The notes: generated by a model from the letters alone, not told the origin. A stretch of DNA of 64,000 nucleotides from Balanoglossus misakiensis (GCA_040954595.2 CM082579.2:15228550-15292549), one strand, 5' to 3'. Positions 13,966-27,615 are shown, numbered from the stretch's first letter. Translations and numbers: made by a program.

Positions 13966-14699
13966 TGTCACGCATCGACGGCTATACGTGAACTAGACAA
14001 ATCGAATCGAACGATCAAATCTACGAAAATATATTCCACCTGGGGATTTAATTACTAATCATGAAAATATTACCCGTACATCAAAATACCATATACAGAC
14101 ATGACAATCAAAACGCCACGTGGTCAAACTTATGAAAATAATCCGTTACAATCTTAACTTATCTTAACTTAACTTAAATCTAATAAATAAAGTCCGACAA
14201 ACATCGTCCTCGTTGGCATGCATGTGGAGTCTGGTAATTCATCCAGGTCTTCCTCCTGTCCGACTTGACCGCGACGCAGATACTCTTCGTGCACTTGCCA
14301 AAGTACACCGAGACGTCACCGCACATTCATTCCACACCAGCAATGTCCATTGACAGATCAAAGTTCCGTACGGCTAAACGCCCAATTTCAGAACATCTCG
14401 ACATCAATTCAGTGTAGTGTGCTGGGTTATTAAAATATACCACAGGTTGAGATGAAAAGTGATAGTCAAAACTCACATGGTTGGAGGATGTCTATGGATC
14501 CAAAATCATACACGTCAAACGCTATGGCTGCCATCCTATCAAATCCCCTAGGAAGTAGTCAGACCAGGTGGTCCTCAAGACTCCCCAAGCTACTAAAACA
14601 CACGTATTCAATATACTAAATCTCACCACCGAGGGCGTAAACTCTAGAGAGACAATTACAAGTACATACAATTATGCTATATCACAGAATATCGTCACA
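13966..14699 (-). repeat. 3' LTR
   Basis: Direct repeat of 19721-20454. On the minus strand it is preceded by the polypurine tract GGAAGGGGGG (14700-14709). Confidence 0.95.
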
Positions 14700-14876
14700 C
14701 CCCCCTTCCAGAACAAGAAATTTTGGTATTGAAGATTCCAAAATTTTTAAGAATTCTAACTCTAGATTTACAAACACAATATATACTTTTTTTTTTTTAC
14801 AACTTTAAATATTTTCCTCTTAAGTAGCAAAATATATCTTTCATGAGAGATATATACACCAGTCAATTACAGTTAA

Positions 14877-17800
14877 TTAATACATACGGGATAAAGCATC
14901 GGCGCATACATTATCTTTTCCCCGAATGTGCCTAATCTCCAAGTCATATTCTTGTAACAACAAACTCCAATTAAGCAATCGTCGATTCTTATTTCTCATC
15001 TTATGCAAGAATACCAGCGGATTATGGTCTGTAAAAACTACAACGGGTTTCCCAGATGAAGTTACATAGATTTCAAAGTGCTGAACTGCTAAGACTAAAG
15101 CAAGGGCTTCCTTCTCGATAGTAGAGTAATTCTGTTGACAAGAATTAAATTTCCTAGAAAAATAAGCAACTGAGTGTGCCACATTAGCACCATCAAATTG
15201 AAGTAATACAGCCCCAGCTCCCACGTCACTCGCGTCTACATTCAATGCGAATGGTTTGGTAAAGTCGGGTGCTTTCAACACTGGTACAGTACACAGCAAC
15301 GATTTGACTTTGTCAAATGATATCTGACATGACGAAGACCATTCAAATTTTCTGCCCTTCTTTAACAAATTGGTTAGAGGGGCAGCCATTTCAGAAAAGT
15401 TTCTACAAAATTTCCTGTAGTAACCGGCCATCCCCAAGAAACGCATTAAACCACGTCGATTTACTGGCACCGGATATTCAACAATATCTTTAATCTTAGC
15501 AGTAAGAGGAGCCACTTCACCTCCCCCCACAATATGGCCTAAATACCTAACTTTAGCCTTTCCGAATTGACATTTACTCAAATTTACAGTCAAGTTATCT
15601 CGTCGCAATCGGTCAAACAATTTGTCAATTGATGCTACATGTTCAGACCAAAGTACACCACCATATGAGGCAATGTCATCGATATAGGGATCTGTTTCTT
15701 TCATCCCTTCTACACATGAATTCATCATTCGTTAAAAAGTAGCTCCAGAATTTTTCATGCCAAAAGGCATAACTTTATACTGATACAAACCATCTGGTGT
15801 GGCAAAAGCAGATATCTCCTTGGCTCTTTCAGTCAATGGAACACACCAATAACCTTTAAGCAAGTCTAAAGTAGTTATATACTGTGCTTTACCAATGCGA
15901 TCTATACAGTCATCAATCCGAGGGATGGGATAAGAATCAGTTTTGGTGATGGCATTAACTTTCCTGTAATCAGTACAAAATCTTACACCGCCATCAGGCT
16001 TATCCACCAAAAGACATGGCGAAGCCCAACAGCTATTGCTAGTTTCGATGATATCATTATTCAACATATATTTAATTTCACCCCGAATTTTCTCAAGCTT
16101 CTCAGGGTTCACCCGATATGGATGTTGTTTGATGGGTCTGGTATTTCCCACATCTACATCATGAAAACACACATTAGTCCTCTTCGGCACATCAGGAAAC
16201 AAATCGACATACTTATCTAATAACTGACTAATATCTTTCCTGTGGTCAGGTGACAAATGCCCCAATAAAGTATCCCGATTACTCAACAGCTCTGAGTTTT
16301 TCAATTTTACATCATGGTCGCTCTTAACGTCAGCAACTGCTACATATGTCGAGTCTGTTTCATGATCTACTTCTGGAGACATTATAGGCAATACATTATG
16401 TACATGGTTTTCATTACGATAAAGCTTTAACATGTTTATATGACATAATTGTGTCGCCTTTCGACGATCAGGAGTTTCAATTACATAATTTACATCATCA
16501 ACCTTCTCTAGAATTTTATACGGACCATGAAAACGTGCGCTCAAAGCATTTCCGGTTATGGGCAACAACGCTAATACTTTGTCACCAGGTTTAAAGGCGC
16601 GACTCTTCGCTACCCTATCGTACAAGTGTTTCATTTTATTTTGGGATGATTTCAAATTAGCTCGAGCAAGTTCACATGCCTCACTGAGTCTGGATTTAAA
16701 TGTGGACACATACTTCAACAAGGTCATACCCGATGGACTGTCGTCAAGCCATTGTTCCTTCAGCAATTTAAGAGGACCGCGCACTCGATGGCCGAATATC
16801 AATTCAAATGGACTAAACCCCAACGACTCCTGAACAGACTCTCGAACTGCAAAAAGCAACAAATGCACCCCTTCGTCCCAATCCTTGTCATTGTTGAAAC
16901 AATACACTCGAATCATATTTTTCAAGGTAGAATGGAACCTCTCTAAAGCCCCCTGCGACTCTGGATGATACGCACTGGATTTAACCTGATTTATCCCCAT
17001 GTGATAAACTAGCTGCTGAAATAACCCAGACATAAAATTAGTTGCCTGGTCAGATTGAATCTCTCGTGGAAATCCAACCCATGCAAAGAAACGTGACAGT
17101 GCTCCGGCAATCACTGGAGCCGTTATGTTCCGAAGTGGAATCGCCTCAGGAAAACGCGTAGACATACACATAATAGTCAGCAAATACTGATTCCTAGATC
17201 TAGTTTTTGGCAGAGGCCCTACACAATCAATCAGAATCTTACTAAACGGTTCATCGAAGGCAGGGATGGGTTTCAACGGAGCGACAGGAACAGATTGATT
17301 AGGTTTTCCGACCAACTGACAAACATGACAATTTCTGCAATAATCAGCAACGCTCTTTCTTATTTTTGGCCAATAGAAATGTCGAGTAATTTTCCACATA
17401 GTCTTGGAAACACCCAAGTGTCCACCCATTGGACCCTCATGGGCCAATCCCAAAATCTGAGATCGATAACTTTCAGGAACAACAATTTGGTACAATACCG
17501 ACCATTCATTCGACGCAGGCTCAGTGGGAGGACGCCATTTTCTCATCAGTACTCCCTGATTCACAAAGTAACCCCTTGGAACCTTTTTCAACTCATCGAC
17601 AGACAAAACCACTTCAAACAGTGGAGCAAGATCGGAATCTTTACTCTGTTCTGATATCAATTTCTCACGAGACAGCGACATTTTCGAATCAACTTTATCG
17701 ACTGACGTTTTCGAAACATTATCATCAACTTTCAATAAACTTTCATCGTCTACAACATTCGAAATCAACTTTCCCATAAAAGTCTCAGACAAATCAAGAT

Positions 17801-19628
17801 CATCAGACATCGATTCTAAATTATGCGCTTCTTTGTTCATGTGCTTGACCTGAGAACGTGTTACGGCACAAGCAGGAAAAATACCGGGAATGTCATTCTC
17901 CAGCTTTTCGGTTTCGGCAGACGTAACTGGACCAAACACCACTTTAGGATCAGCAATGACCCGACCTCCGGCCAAATCATTGCCTAGCAACAAAGATATA
18001 CCTTTAATCGGCAATGACGGTCGAATCCCCACCACTACAGGACCAGACACCAAACTTGAATCAAGGACTACTCGATGAAGAGGTACCGTAAGGAAATTTC
18101 CCTCAATACCTTGTATAATAACTTGCTCCCCAGTATCCGTCCCAGAATCAACAGGCAAAATTCCTTCTAACAGCAAAGACTGGGTTGCACCTGTGTCCCG
18201 CAAGATCCGAATGGGCATAGGTTTTCCCCCAACAACTGACACAAACCCATCTGTAACAAAGGGCTGAAATTCCTTTCTAATTACGGGTTTTCTAATTTCA
18301 TCAATACGACTTGATAAAGCTTCCGAAACAACTTTTGGACAAGCAGACACAAAAGCATTAGGCGACGCTACATTTTGCTGTGCCCGTTTCAAAAGCAAAC
18401 ATTCATTTCTTGTGTGTCCCCTCTTTTGGCAATATGAACACTGAGGAAACGTAGGACATGACGACATTACGTGCCCCGGTTTCTTACAATAATGGCATAT
18501 GGGAGGGCTCGAGCCAATTCTCAATTTATTCTGATGATTAAAATTTGATCCACTTGTACGATTTACCTGAATGGGAGGTTTTGAATAATTTGGTTTATAC
18601 CCTCCAGCATTGGCGACAGTCGCTGACGCTGTTGCCCTACCCGGTCCATGGTCTTTACCTCTGTAAGAAGAAAGTTTATGTGTCAATGCAAAATCATCAG
18701 ACATTGTGGCAGCTTTATGCAATGACTCAATATCTCTTTCATCTAAATATGTTTTGATTTCATCATGCACGCAACTCTTAAATTCTTCAATCAAAATTAA
18801 CTGTTTCAATTTATCAAAATCGTTTCCAACATCTTTAGCACGGCACCATCGGTCAAAATACACCTCTTTCAAATGGGCAAATTCAACATGAGTACGACTC
18901 GACTTCTGCAAATTTCTAAATTTCTGTCGATATGCCTCCGGCACCAACTCATACGCTTTCAAAATAGCAGTTTTAACTGCCTCATAATCGACATACTCAT
19001 CAGGGGACAAATTTGAGTATGCTTCTTGAGCTTTACCTTTCAAAACACTTTGCAACAACAAAGGCCACTTATCCTTAGGCCATTTCAAACTATTGGCGAC
19101 ACGCTCAAAATGTTGGAAATATTTATCTATATCATCCTCATTAAATTGAGGTACTAAGCGTATCTGTTTTCCCAAATCAAAATAACTCTCTTCATTTCTT
19201 ACATCTGGTCGAAGACCCATTGACTCTCTCTCAAGATTATTTCTCATTTCCATTTCTTTTATTTTCATCTTTTCCGCAGTTTCAATTTCTTTTACTCTAA
19301 TTTCGAATTCTTTTAATTTCAATTTTTCCTGCATTTCAATTTCTTTTAATTTCAATTTCTCCTTCAATTCAAATTCCATTTTTAATTCCATCAGACGCAA
19401 ATCAGCATTTGCCGACTTTTCTTCAATTTCAGGATACTGAATTAAAGCATCTAGTGGCAATTTATCCTCATCGACCAGAAATGCAACAATGATACGCTTA
19501 ATTTCATCTTTACGCATGGAAGTTTTCACGCTGAGCTCAAGTTTGTTTGCAATCTCAATTAAATCCACCTTTTTACATGCTTCCAATCCGGCAAGGGATG
19601 GTGACTCAATAAATTCTGCGATATCCAT
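14877..19628 (-). pseudogene. Gag-Pol polyprotein (SCAN-like capsid, 2 CCHC knuckles, protease, integrase, GPY/F, RT, RNase H) interrupted by one in-frame TAA
   Basis: Motifs in order: CHYCKKPGHVMSSC and CSYCQKRGHTRNEC; LRDTGAT; HHCC zinc finger with IDCVGP/SDQATNF/ALERF (DDE); FHGPYKI; RFCTDYRKVN; MPFGMKNSGATF*RMMN (stop at 15732-15734); YIDD; VDASD/EKEALA/TDHNPL. The two track ORFs are in the same frame. Likely ATG at 19628 (MDIAEF). Confidence 0.93.
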
Positions 19629-19702
19629 GTTTCTTCTATATTTATACTCAAAAATAAATCTATACCACAATCTATACTACGTAACTAATACTACGGTTAA
19701 AA

Positions 19703-19720
19703 CTCCCGGACGAGCCCCCA
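19703..19720 (-). promoter_or_regulatory. Primer-binding site, tRNA-Pro
   Basis: TGGGGGCTCGTCCGGGAG directly after the 5' LTR, complementary to the tRNA-Pro 3' end (canonical TGGGGGCTCGTCCGGGAT). Confidence 0.9.
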
Positions 19721-20454
19721 TGTCACGCATCGACGGCTATACGTGAACTAGACAAATCGAATCGAACGATCAAATCTACGAAAATATATTCCACCTGGGG
19801 ATTTAATTACTAATCATGAAAATATTACCCGTACATCAAAATACCATATACAGACATGACAATCAAAACGCCACGTGGTCAAACTTATGAAAATAATCCG
19901 TTACAATCTTAACTTATCTTAACTTAACTTAAATCTAATAAATAAAGTCCGACAAACATCGTCCTCGTTGGCATGCATGTGGAGTCTGGTAATTCATCCA
20001 GGTCTTCCTCCTGTCCGACTTGACCGCGACGCAGATACTCTTCGTGCACTTGCCAAAGTACACCGAGACGTCACCGCACATTCATTCCACACCAGCAATG
20101 TCCATTGACAGATCAAAGTTCCGTACGGCTAAACGCCCAATTTCAGAACATCTCGACATCAATTCAGTGTAGTGTGCTGGGTTATTAAAATATACCACAG
20201 GTTGAGATGAAAAGTGATAGTCAAAACTCACATGGTTGGAGGATGTCTATGGATCCAAAATCATACACGTCAAACGCTATGGCTGCCATCCTATCAAATC
20301 CCCTAGGAAGTAGTCAGACCAGGTGGTCCTCAAGACTCCTCAAGCTACTAAAACACACGTATTCAATATACTAAATCTCACCACCGAGGGCGTAAACTCT
20401 AGAGAGACAATTACAAGTACATACAATTATGCTATATCACAGAATATCGTCACA
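19721..20454 (-). repeat. 5' LTR
   Basis: 734 bp. I saw only one difference from the 3' LTR (ACTCCCCAAG at ~14585 vs ACTCCTCAAG at ~20340). Confidence 0.95.
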
Positions 20455-21147
20455 CGTCAGACACACATCCCTAACACGCGAAGCCAGCTTATCCTTTGAT
20501 CAAATGGCAGCGCTATTCTAAATATTTTACAGCATGCCCTAAAGGACAAACACGTGCCGCTGGAAGAGGCCAACACTCAGCAGAGACGGCAAGATGTTAA
20601 CGGAGATGAGCCCCAACAATAAATTAATATTGTTCCTTTTATTTAGAAAACGCCGCATAATTAGCCAACCAATCATGGTTATGAGAAACCTCCAAAATAC
20701 AATGTATCGATATTTACTGCATCTGTTCATACTTCGCCCGCGCTTTAAAAACCCTATAGCTGCTAAAATTGGCATATTTTTTTCCAGAGTAAAATACTTC
20801 ATATGTATATTCCCTATTCCCTAAAATCTTCACCCGTGACCATTGAGCCATATTACTTGCATTTGCATTGGTTTGTCATAACTTGGCGTCGCATTTCACG
20901 ATAGCTGCTTAGCTGCTATTGTTTGTATGAAGGCTGATTAAATCGGTGAGGCACCGTTTTAATACATAGCATGTTCCAATTGCAACATGCAGTCACAATC
21001 GGGCATCGATAAGATGTTTATGTATACCTATCAGTAAGCTTATTTTGATGAACCAATTTAAGTTGGAAAATAAAATCATGAAAATAATGCTAAAAGTGGC
21101 AGCTTTGGAGGCTTTAAACTACAGTTCTCCCAAATTGTCTTGACTAA

Positions 21148-21298
21148 ATGACATACATGTGGTCAAAAGTTCTGACTGCAGAAGAGGTTGCAGCTGTGGC
21201 GGGGGACTGTTCAATTGGAGGAAATATATTTACATGGAATAAAGACAATATTGAAATGGCAGCAGAAATAGTTCCTACTGAAAAGAATGCTATCTGCA
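21148..21298 (+). pseudogene. 5'-truncated exon encoding the C-terminal part of a pentraxin/LamG-like domain
   Basis: TYMWSKVLTAEEVAAVAGDCSIGGNIFTW matches the pentraxin C-terminal pattern (MWxxVLxxxEI...C...GN+++W). Donor A|GTGAGT at 21299. An in-frame stop lies immediately upstream, next to a repeat ending ~21117. Confidence 0.6.
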
Positions 21299-22189
21299 GT
21301 GAGTATCACAACTTTAAAATGAAAGATTTTGCAAATTAAAAAAAAATATTGAGTGTTTTGACATGCGTCAGTGGTCAGTAACACACAAGCTGCATGATAA
21401 GAGGGTCACGAGAAATTGTAAGCCGCAATGTATAATGGATTAACTCCATGACCTATGCGACCTACGAACTGTGACGTACAGAATTTATTTCTACGTGTAA
21501 TGCGGTCTGCGGCAGTGAGCCACAGACCGCATTGCGAGAGCAGTGAGAATTCACCACAATGCAAACTTTCTGAACGTAGGTTGATCTTCGAATGAAATAT
21601 TACCTTGTCACCAGTTTTCCACATAGCTACACTGTAAAATTGGGTGACGTGTTCGTTCACAAGTGGAATAATTGTGAGTAGTAAAGCACGCGAAGTTAAG
21701 CAACGAGCACGTTTTGAAATGCGCGCAGATGATCCCAGTTTAGCAAATTCAGGCCATTGCGTGCATGCAAAATAAAATAATACTGTACCGGGGGTGAGCC
21801 TACTTTCTTTCCATACAGATACACGTATATGTTGGTTAAGGTATGTGACAAACAGTTTTCATGTAACAGCCAGTGATGCTGACCATAAAACCAGCGCAGC
21901 TGATGCTTTCATCTACAATTTGCAACATGGACGTTTGTGTCTCTGCATGTGTCGTGCATGTTACTGCTGAACAAAAAAGATATGCGGGCACCACAGGCTG
22001 GCGAAAGCGGTGCTCACGTGCTCTGCAAGCTGATGTTGTCACTAAATTGGCAAAGTATTGTACACATGGAGGAGTTTCTTGAGCTGTCTGTTGTATAAAT
22101 GTCGGTTGTGAGTACATTATTTTTTATTTTATTTTAATAATTTTCAAAGCCCCTATGATTGAAGCATATTATTACGACTCATCCGTTCA

Positions 22190-22261
22190 TCATTCATTCA
22201 TTCATTCATTCATTCATTCATTCATTCATTCATTCATCCATTCATCCATTCAGTCAGTCAC
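22190..22261. repeat. (CATT)n microsatellite
   Basis: Direct reading. Confidence 0.9.
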
Positions 22262-22340
22262 TGTACCAATTGAAGACGCCCTTGTATAGGAGAATTTAGC
22301 TATGTACTGACTGTCTTTTCATTTTTTCTTCATCCTATAG

Positions 22341-22384
22341 AATCTACCGACCTGGTCGCTGTCAATAACAATTCAACTCCTTAA
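22341..22384 (+). CDS. Possible short terminal exon of the pentraxin-like gene remnant
   Basis: Pyrimidine-rich acceptor TTTTTTCTTCATCCTATAG, phase-compatible with the 21299 donor (KSTDLVAVNNNSTP*). AATAAA near 22654. Confidence 0.3.
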
Positions 22385-24739
22385 ACATCCTGTGTGTGTG
22401 AAGTCTATGAACACTGGCCATGCATTTCAATTCAAGGACAAAATGAATGCGCAATATTTCGTTTTATCGAGAGTAATGTGCAGTGATTAAATTTGCTAGG
22501 GCTCTCTTAGCAGATTTGGAGTTAGTCATTTTGGTAGAAACTTTTCGAGATGGGAAATCTTTGGTCATCTAACCAAGTTATTTGTATTTTTGTTATATAA
22601 GACAGAGTCATTTCTATATCATAGATGCAAGTTTAATTTATAACATGAATTTGAATAAAATATTTTTTTTAAATATCACCACATGAATTTGAATAAAATA
22701 TTTTTTTTAAATATCACCAGATTGAAATCTTTGGAAGTTTGCACTTAGAGGGATGGCATGGCAGTTTTCCACTGTTCATATTACAAAGAATTTGGCGTCA
22801 CGTGTAGATTTCATGAGTGTTCGAGTTTTGCTCTTCCCAGCCTCGTATCCACAATCCTCTGATACTTACACTTACGTCAGTTCTATAGCCGCTGACCCAC
22901 TAGATTCTCCTTATGAATTGCCCAAATTATTTTTTGGTATAGTTTTGATAGTTAGTGCACGGAAACTTTTGATCGATTCACGAAATTCAAAATATGTTAC
23001 ATCACAAACCTCATAAAAAGGAGGCTAGAGTAGCCTGTTTGTTTTCAGGTAATTTTACAATTACCTCAATTACCTTTTTTCGAGGGAGGGGGTTAAGAAA
23101 ACATACAGATTGAAATAACAAGGAAGTGGTATATCAAACCGAAACCTTATCTCAATCGTGATTCTAGAGTGTTTCCATGTCATGTGACATCCACAAAAAT
23201 GTGGTATTATCTTGAAAAGAGTCCCGATTTCCCAAACTGGTTTTGCGAATGTACTTCACTTTGGAGCAATGCATGAGTACATTCGTAGAAAGATATTGCT
23301 CCACTATTTACTGACACTCCTCTTGTACTGCAAATATTACTGCATTCTGTCAGGGCAAGACAAAAGACACAGCAGAACTGCCAGAATTAAAACAGACAAC
23401 TGGCAATTTCAATAAAACATGTAATAACAAATATATGTAACATTGAATGAGGTGTCCATACAGCTTGGTCATTTAAAGACCTCCAGTCATTGTGACAATG
23501 CATAAATATTTATGTACACCATATTAAAAATTAGTTCAGGCATACCTTATACATGTATGTTTTTGACTGACCATATCCTCAGCACGCCCTTTTTTTCAAA
23601 AAGACTATCATTATTCTCTGCCAGGCAGAGAGTTGCCGCTTTCTTGTTAACAATAATATACTATTATAACATTGCATAGATTCCTGTTTGTTTCTGTCCA
23701 TATCTCACAAACTGTGGTGTGCATACTGTTGAAATGACCTCAAGAAGAAAATGCCAAATGGAAAAATATTTGACATACTAACCTGTATGATAATGTTATA
23801 CGGTACAATATATTTAACGGTTCCAATCCAATGTTGAGAACTAACAAAACAATTTGAGCAGAATTCATTTAAAATTAATTGCAGTTCCGTTTCACCGCAT
23901 TTCATAGGATGCTGGCTAAAATTCATACTATGGTGGATTACCTGTTATGCATTTCTTTCCCTATTTCGTCTGGCAGATTTGAGTTTGACAAGCTGTCATT
24001 TTCCTTTCAGCTCCGCAAAATTGATGGATTTACTTTGACAGCACACAGACTGTCCATTTGTCATCGGAGATACAAGCAGCATCAGTTGCTGAACAGCTTG
24101 CAGCAGTGTTGGAAAAGAGTACACAACACTAACTTGCAAGAGTGCTTTGGCCCTTTCTTCACACTGTCCGAAACTTGTTGTGTTACATCATTGCATAATG
24201 AATAAGAAATACACAGGTATTTAGCGTTCTATTCAATACCTACAATAGATAAAAGGGTGTCGGTCTGTATGCGACAATCTTCAATGTTCTTATGAGCACA
24301 AGGCTTTATTCAGGGAACGTTTTACAGTAAGAATTATATGATATAAACTGAATAAGTTTGTTGTCTGTCAACTCTTCTGTCTTTGTCTTACCGATACGGT
24401 TCTAACCGCAAACACTGAGGCTTCTCTGCTCGTACACAGTATAAATCAATGGATGATAAAATGCGCCCTCTTTTGGTGAACTCTTCCTACCGCCCGACCT
24501 TCTACCTTACAGTAAGGCATGTAGGGCGGTCAGGTAGATGGCAGTGTATTGCAAGCGTCTCTTGCATATTTTTTTCCGCCAGGAATGGCATACATTCGTT
24601 TTTGGCGACACCACAACTGCTGGAACTTCTCGAAAAATTGAGAGCCGGATTTCATAAATGCTCATGTTTTCCGAAGGGCTGAAAGAAGATCCAGAGTGGA
24701 ATATTTAAATTTGCCTGTGGCAGACATCATAGTGGCTGC

Positions 24740-24925
24740 CAGTTATTCTATTTCTTGTGCAAGAGATAGTATCTTGTTCCAGCGAGATGTTTTCTCGTGT
24801 GCACGAGAAACATGCTATCTCGTGCATATCTCGTGCGCACGAGAAAATTGCGAGCGCACTCGTGTTCACGAGAAAATATCACATGCACACGTAAGTCGTG
24901 CGCACGAGATAAAAAAATGTGCCCT
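24740..24925. repeat. Cluster of palindromic CTCGTG(C/T)GCACGAG subrepeats (MITE-like fragment)
   Basis: About six degenerate CTCGTG..CACGAG units in tandem. Confidence 0.6.
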
Positions 24926-25978
24926 GTAGTCTTTCTTAGGACATGGTAGCGTGACGTCGCATTGTAATTAACGGACGATCTTGGAAATTCGGCTATTAAT
25001 GGTGAATGGACTTTCGCCTCCTTCGAACAACAACAGAGACTGACGTCGCAACAATGACAGAAAAAGTGAAGCAAATGGCCGACAAAACGAAGAGAATCGG
25101 AAAACGGGCAGGATCCTCGGCAAAGACATCTGGGAATAATACCACCACATCAAATAGAACGACGAGTAGTGCAGGACAAACCGCCACCAGTGACTATGAC
25201 AACAAGTCTGAAGGCGATGCTGGCGAACCCTTGCACAATACAACTACAGTCCTACAGAGAAATGCAGCCCAGCGCCACTCAAGATTTTCCATTCCTGGTC
25301 TGGCAGCAGCCAAAATATGTTTTGTTTTTTCTCTTAGAAGCGACCTCAGTCTGAGCTGCATGAGAATAAACTGTAGGTTGGGAATACAACAAAAAAACAC
25401 GCAGTCGCTGCGGTCAACACGTAGCTATTAGTTTCGGTTTTATGTTCGCTACAGCTCGGAAACCAAAATGTGGTACAACTTCAAGCTACATAAACTGGAA
25501 AGCATAGTACGTGCAGAGCAGACCATGGTGACGAAAGCAGGTATTCTAGGTCGTAAGATAAAAACACGGCGCTAGAAAAACAGTCAGCAAAAGTTGCACG
25601 TGTTCCCCGGCCAAAAATAATGTAATTGTTGGCGCACAGAAAGTCCAGTCGATAAACGTTTACGCTATAGAAACTCACTCTCTCAGCAAAAGTCTGACAC
25701 CCTCGTCAATGACAAAACGCAAACCGAGCTGGGTATGATCAAGTCAAACATAGGGCCAATCCCCACTCTGTGTTTTATTATTTTCCACATACGATGGTTC
25801 TAAATAAAAATGTACCTATTTGAAATGCTTACCGAGGTAAGATCATTGAAAGTTTTCAAACGTTGATGACAAATGTATAACTGATTTTTTACAAATGAAT
25901 AATCGCGCACTTGCATGTTATTTTCTCTATACCAGACACCGCGCGCGCGCCGTTGGCAAAAAAAAAACGCGGAAAATT

Positions 25979-26176
25979 ATTGAGCATGCGCAGTCGATAC
26001 TTCACATTGTAAACAAGATGGCGTCGCTGCCTATGCTTCTCGACCGCTGTCGCCTGACTATGTCGGCAAAGAAGAGACGAATTTAACCATGCAACGCCAT
26101 ATCGGAAGACAGAATGATCGCGAGATGAAACCGGGCTATCCAACGATTAGGCAGCTATGTTGACTGATTGGTATGT
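25979..26176 (+). promoter_or_regulatory. Putative CpG-rich promoter/first exon, right-arm copy
   Basis: GCATGCGCA, AAGATGGCG, a 22-codon ORF 26018-26086 (MASLPMLLDRCRLTMSAKKRRI*) and a donor G|GTATGT at 26171. Confidence 0.45.
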
Positions 26177-27615
26177 CGCCGAAGTAATTATTTGCCATTG
26201 ATTTGTTTACCAGAAACGGTTTGCCTTTGGAACACATTTGGCCTCACCGAAATTGATTTCAGAGGTTTTTTCCCAAAAACTAATGACGTTCGTTTTCACC
26301 TGAGTGCGAGGATGGATTGAAGGGACACAAGCTTTTGTAGCCACCAATATTTTGACACTCTTTATATCAATGTTGAGCTGGCATATTTGCTCAAATATGA
26401 TGTAGTGTACCTGTTGCATTGAAATGAAGCTGTAATAATATTACAGTGCAATCTAGTCCTTTGGGTTAATAGGAAAACGAGGTCAATAAATGACAGGTTT
26501 ATTTAAATACAGGATATATTTATCACAAGCACTTATGCATATGTATGAGATACTTATTTATTTTTAATTTATTTTTTATTTTTTATTTATTTTGTACGTT
26601 CAGGTAATCATATGGATTTGTATGGAATCACATACACATTAATTGAAGACTATCATATCACAGAAGTCGAGCCGCCAGATGTGTAAGGTAACCATTTAGG
26701 TTTCATGACTAAGTTTGTTTAAGAATTCATAAAGCTACCCAATGAATGAATTTCCTTAAAATTTCACAAATGTGACAGAGTTTGCAGTTGTGCAAGAAAG
26801 TGTGTATTATTCACATAAGAATTGTTTCGTATGCATTTTTCTGATGGCAATGCATTTGACTGTAAACAAATATGGATGTCAGTTAGTAGTGCTATTTTGT
26901 CAGTGAAATGGCTTCATCATCATCCCTCCAACCAAAGTTGAAACAGAGTTGCAAATATTGCACAGCTTGAAATCATAAAATGTTGCAAAATTGAACCAAC
27001 CCTTTGGTCAACGATTATGTTCTTACAGCTATTATTAGAACCAGACAGTCTCAGGGAACAAGAGACATGGGCCTGATTTGCAAGTTGAGTTAGAACTGCC
27101 TTTGCCTGCCCACGGACGCCCCAATTTCAGCAAAAATTATTGCATTAAAATATGAGTATGGAGAACTATGCTCTGTGTTTCTTTTGTTAGCTTACATAGC
27201 TGTTGTCATTCTAGTTTTTCCTCCGTCCTGTGAGCAGAGTTTCAGTTGCGAAAACCGACAGTTCTCAAAGTACAAAAGTACACCTAAATTGCCTCGGTGA
27301 TGAGCATGCAGAATTTATCTGATGCTTCTTACTGGCAGAAGGACCCCACCAGTTGCAGATTGTGAATTCCATGGCACAAGGGAATTTACGCTTTGCGTTC
27401 AAATATAAATAATTAAATCCTGTAAAATTATTCTATATGTTATTTATTGATGATTCAAAAGTGTTATGACTGATTGTGTTAGAGTACCTGTATTCCATAT
27501 AAGCATGCTGTCAGTGCACATCCGATTGATAACAATTTCACATTTTTAAAAATTTGCTTCTCTGAATAATTATGAATACATAAAACTTCATATGATATAA
27601 ATTGATAAACATTAA

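Larger units (their letters stand above)
13966..20454 (-). mobile_element. Full-length Gmr1-like Ty3/Gypsy LTR retrotransposon
   Basis: Two 734-bp TG...CA LTRs, a 4-bp TSD CGTC (13962-13965, 20455-20458), a tRNA-Pro PBS, a PPT, and gag-pol with integrase upstream of RT. Confidence 0.96.

Noticed and set aside
15732-15734. Programmed gag-pol stop read-through
   Set aside because: The stop lies inside RT at a conserved Gln, not at the gag/pol boundary. A C-to-T nonsense change is simpler.
16558-19746. Plus-strand ORFs inside the retrotransposon
   Set aside because: Antisense shadows of gag-pol with no recognisable motifs.
22643-22718. 38-bp tandem duplication (similar 43-bp one at 57226-57302)
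   Set aside because: Ordinary local slippage duplications.
25006-25431. 141-aa ORF in the spacer
   Set aside because: Ser/Thr/Lys-rich low complexity with no domain or splice support. It may be a decayed transposon gene start but cannot be supported.
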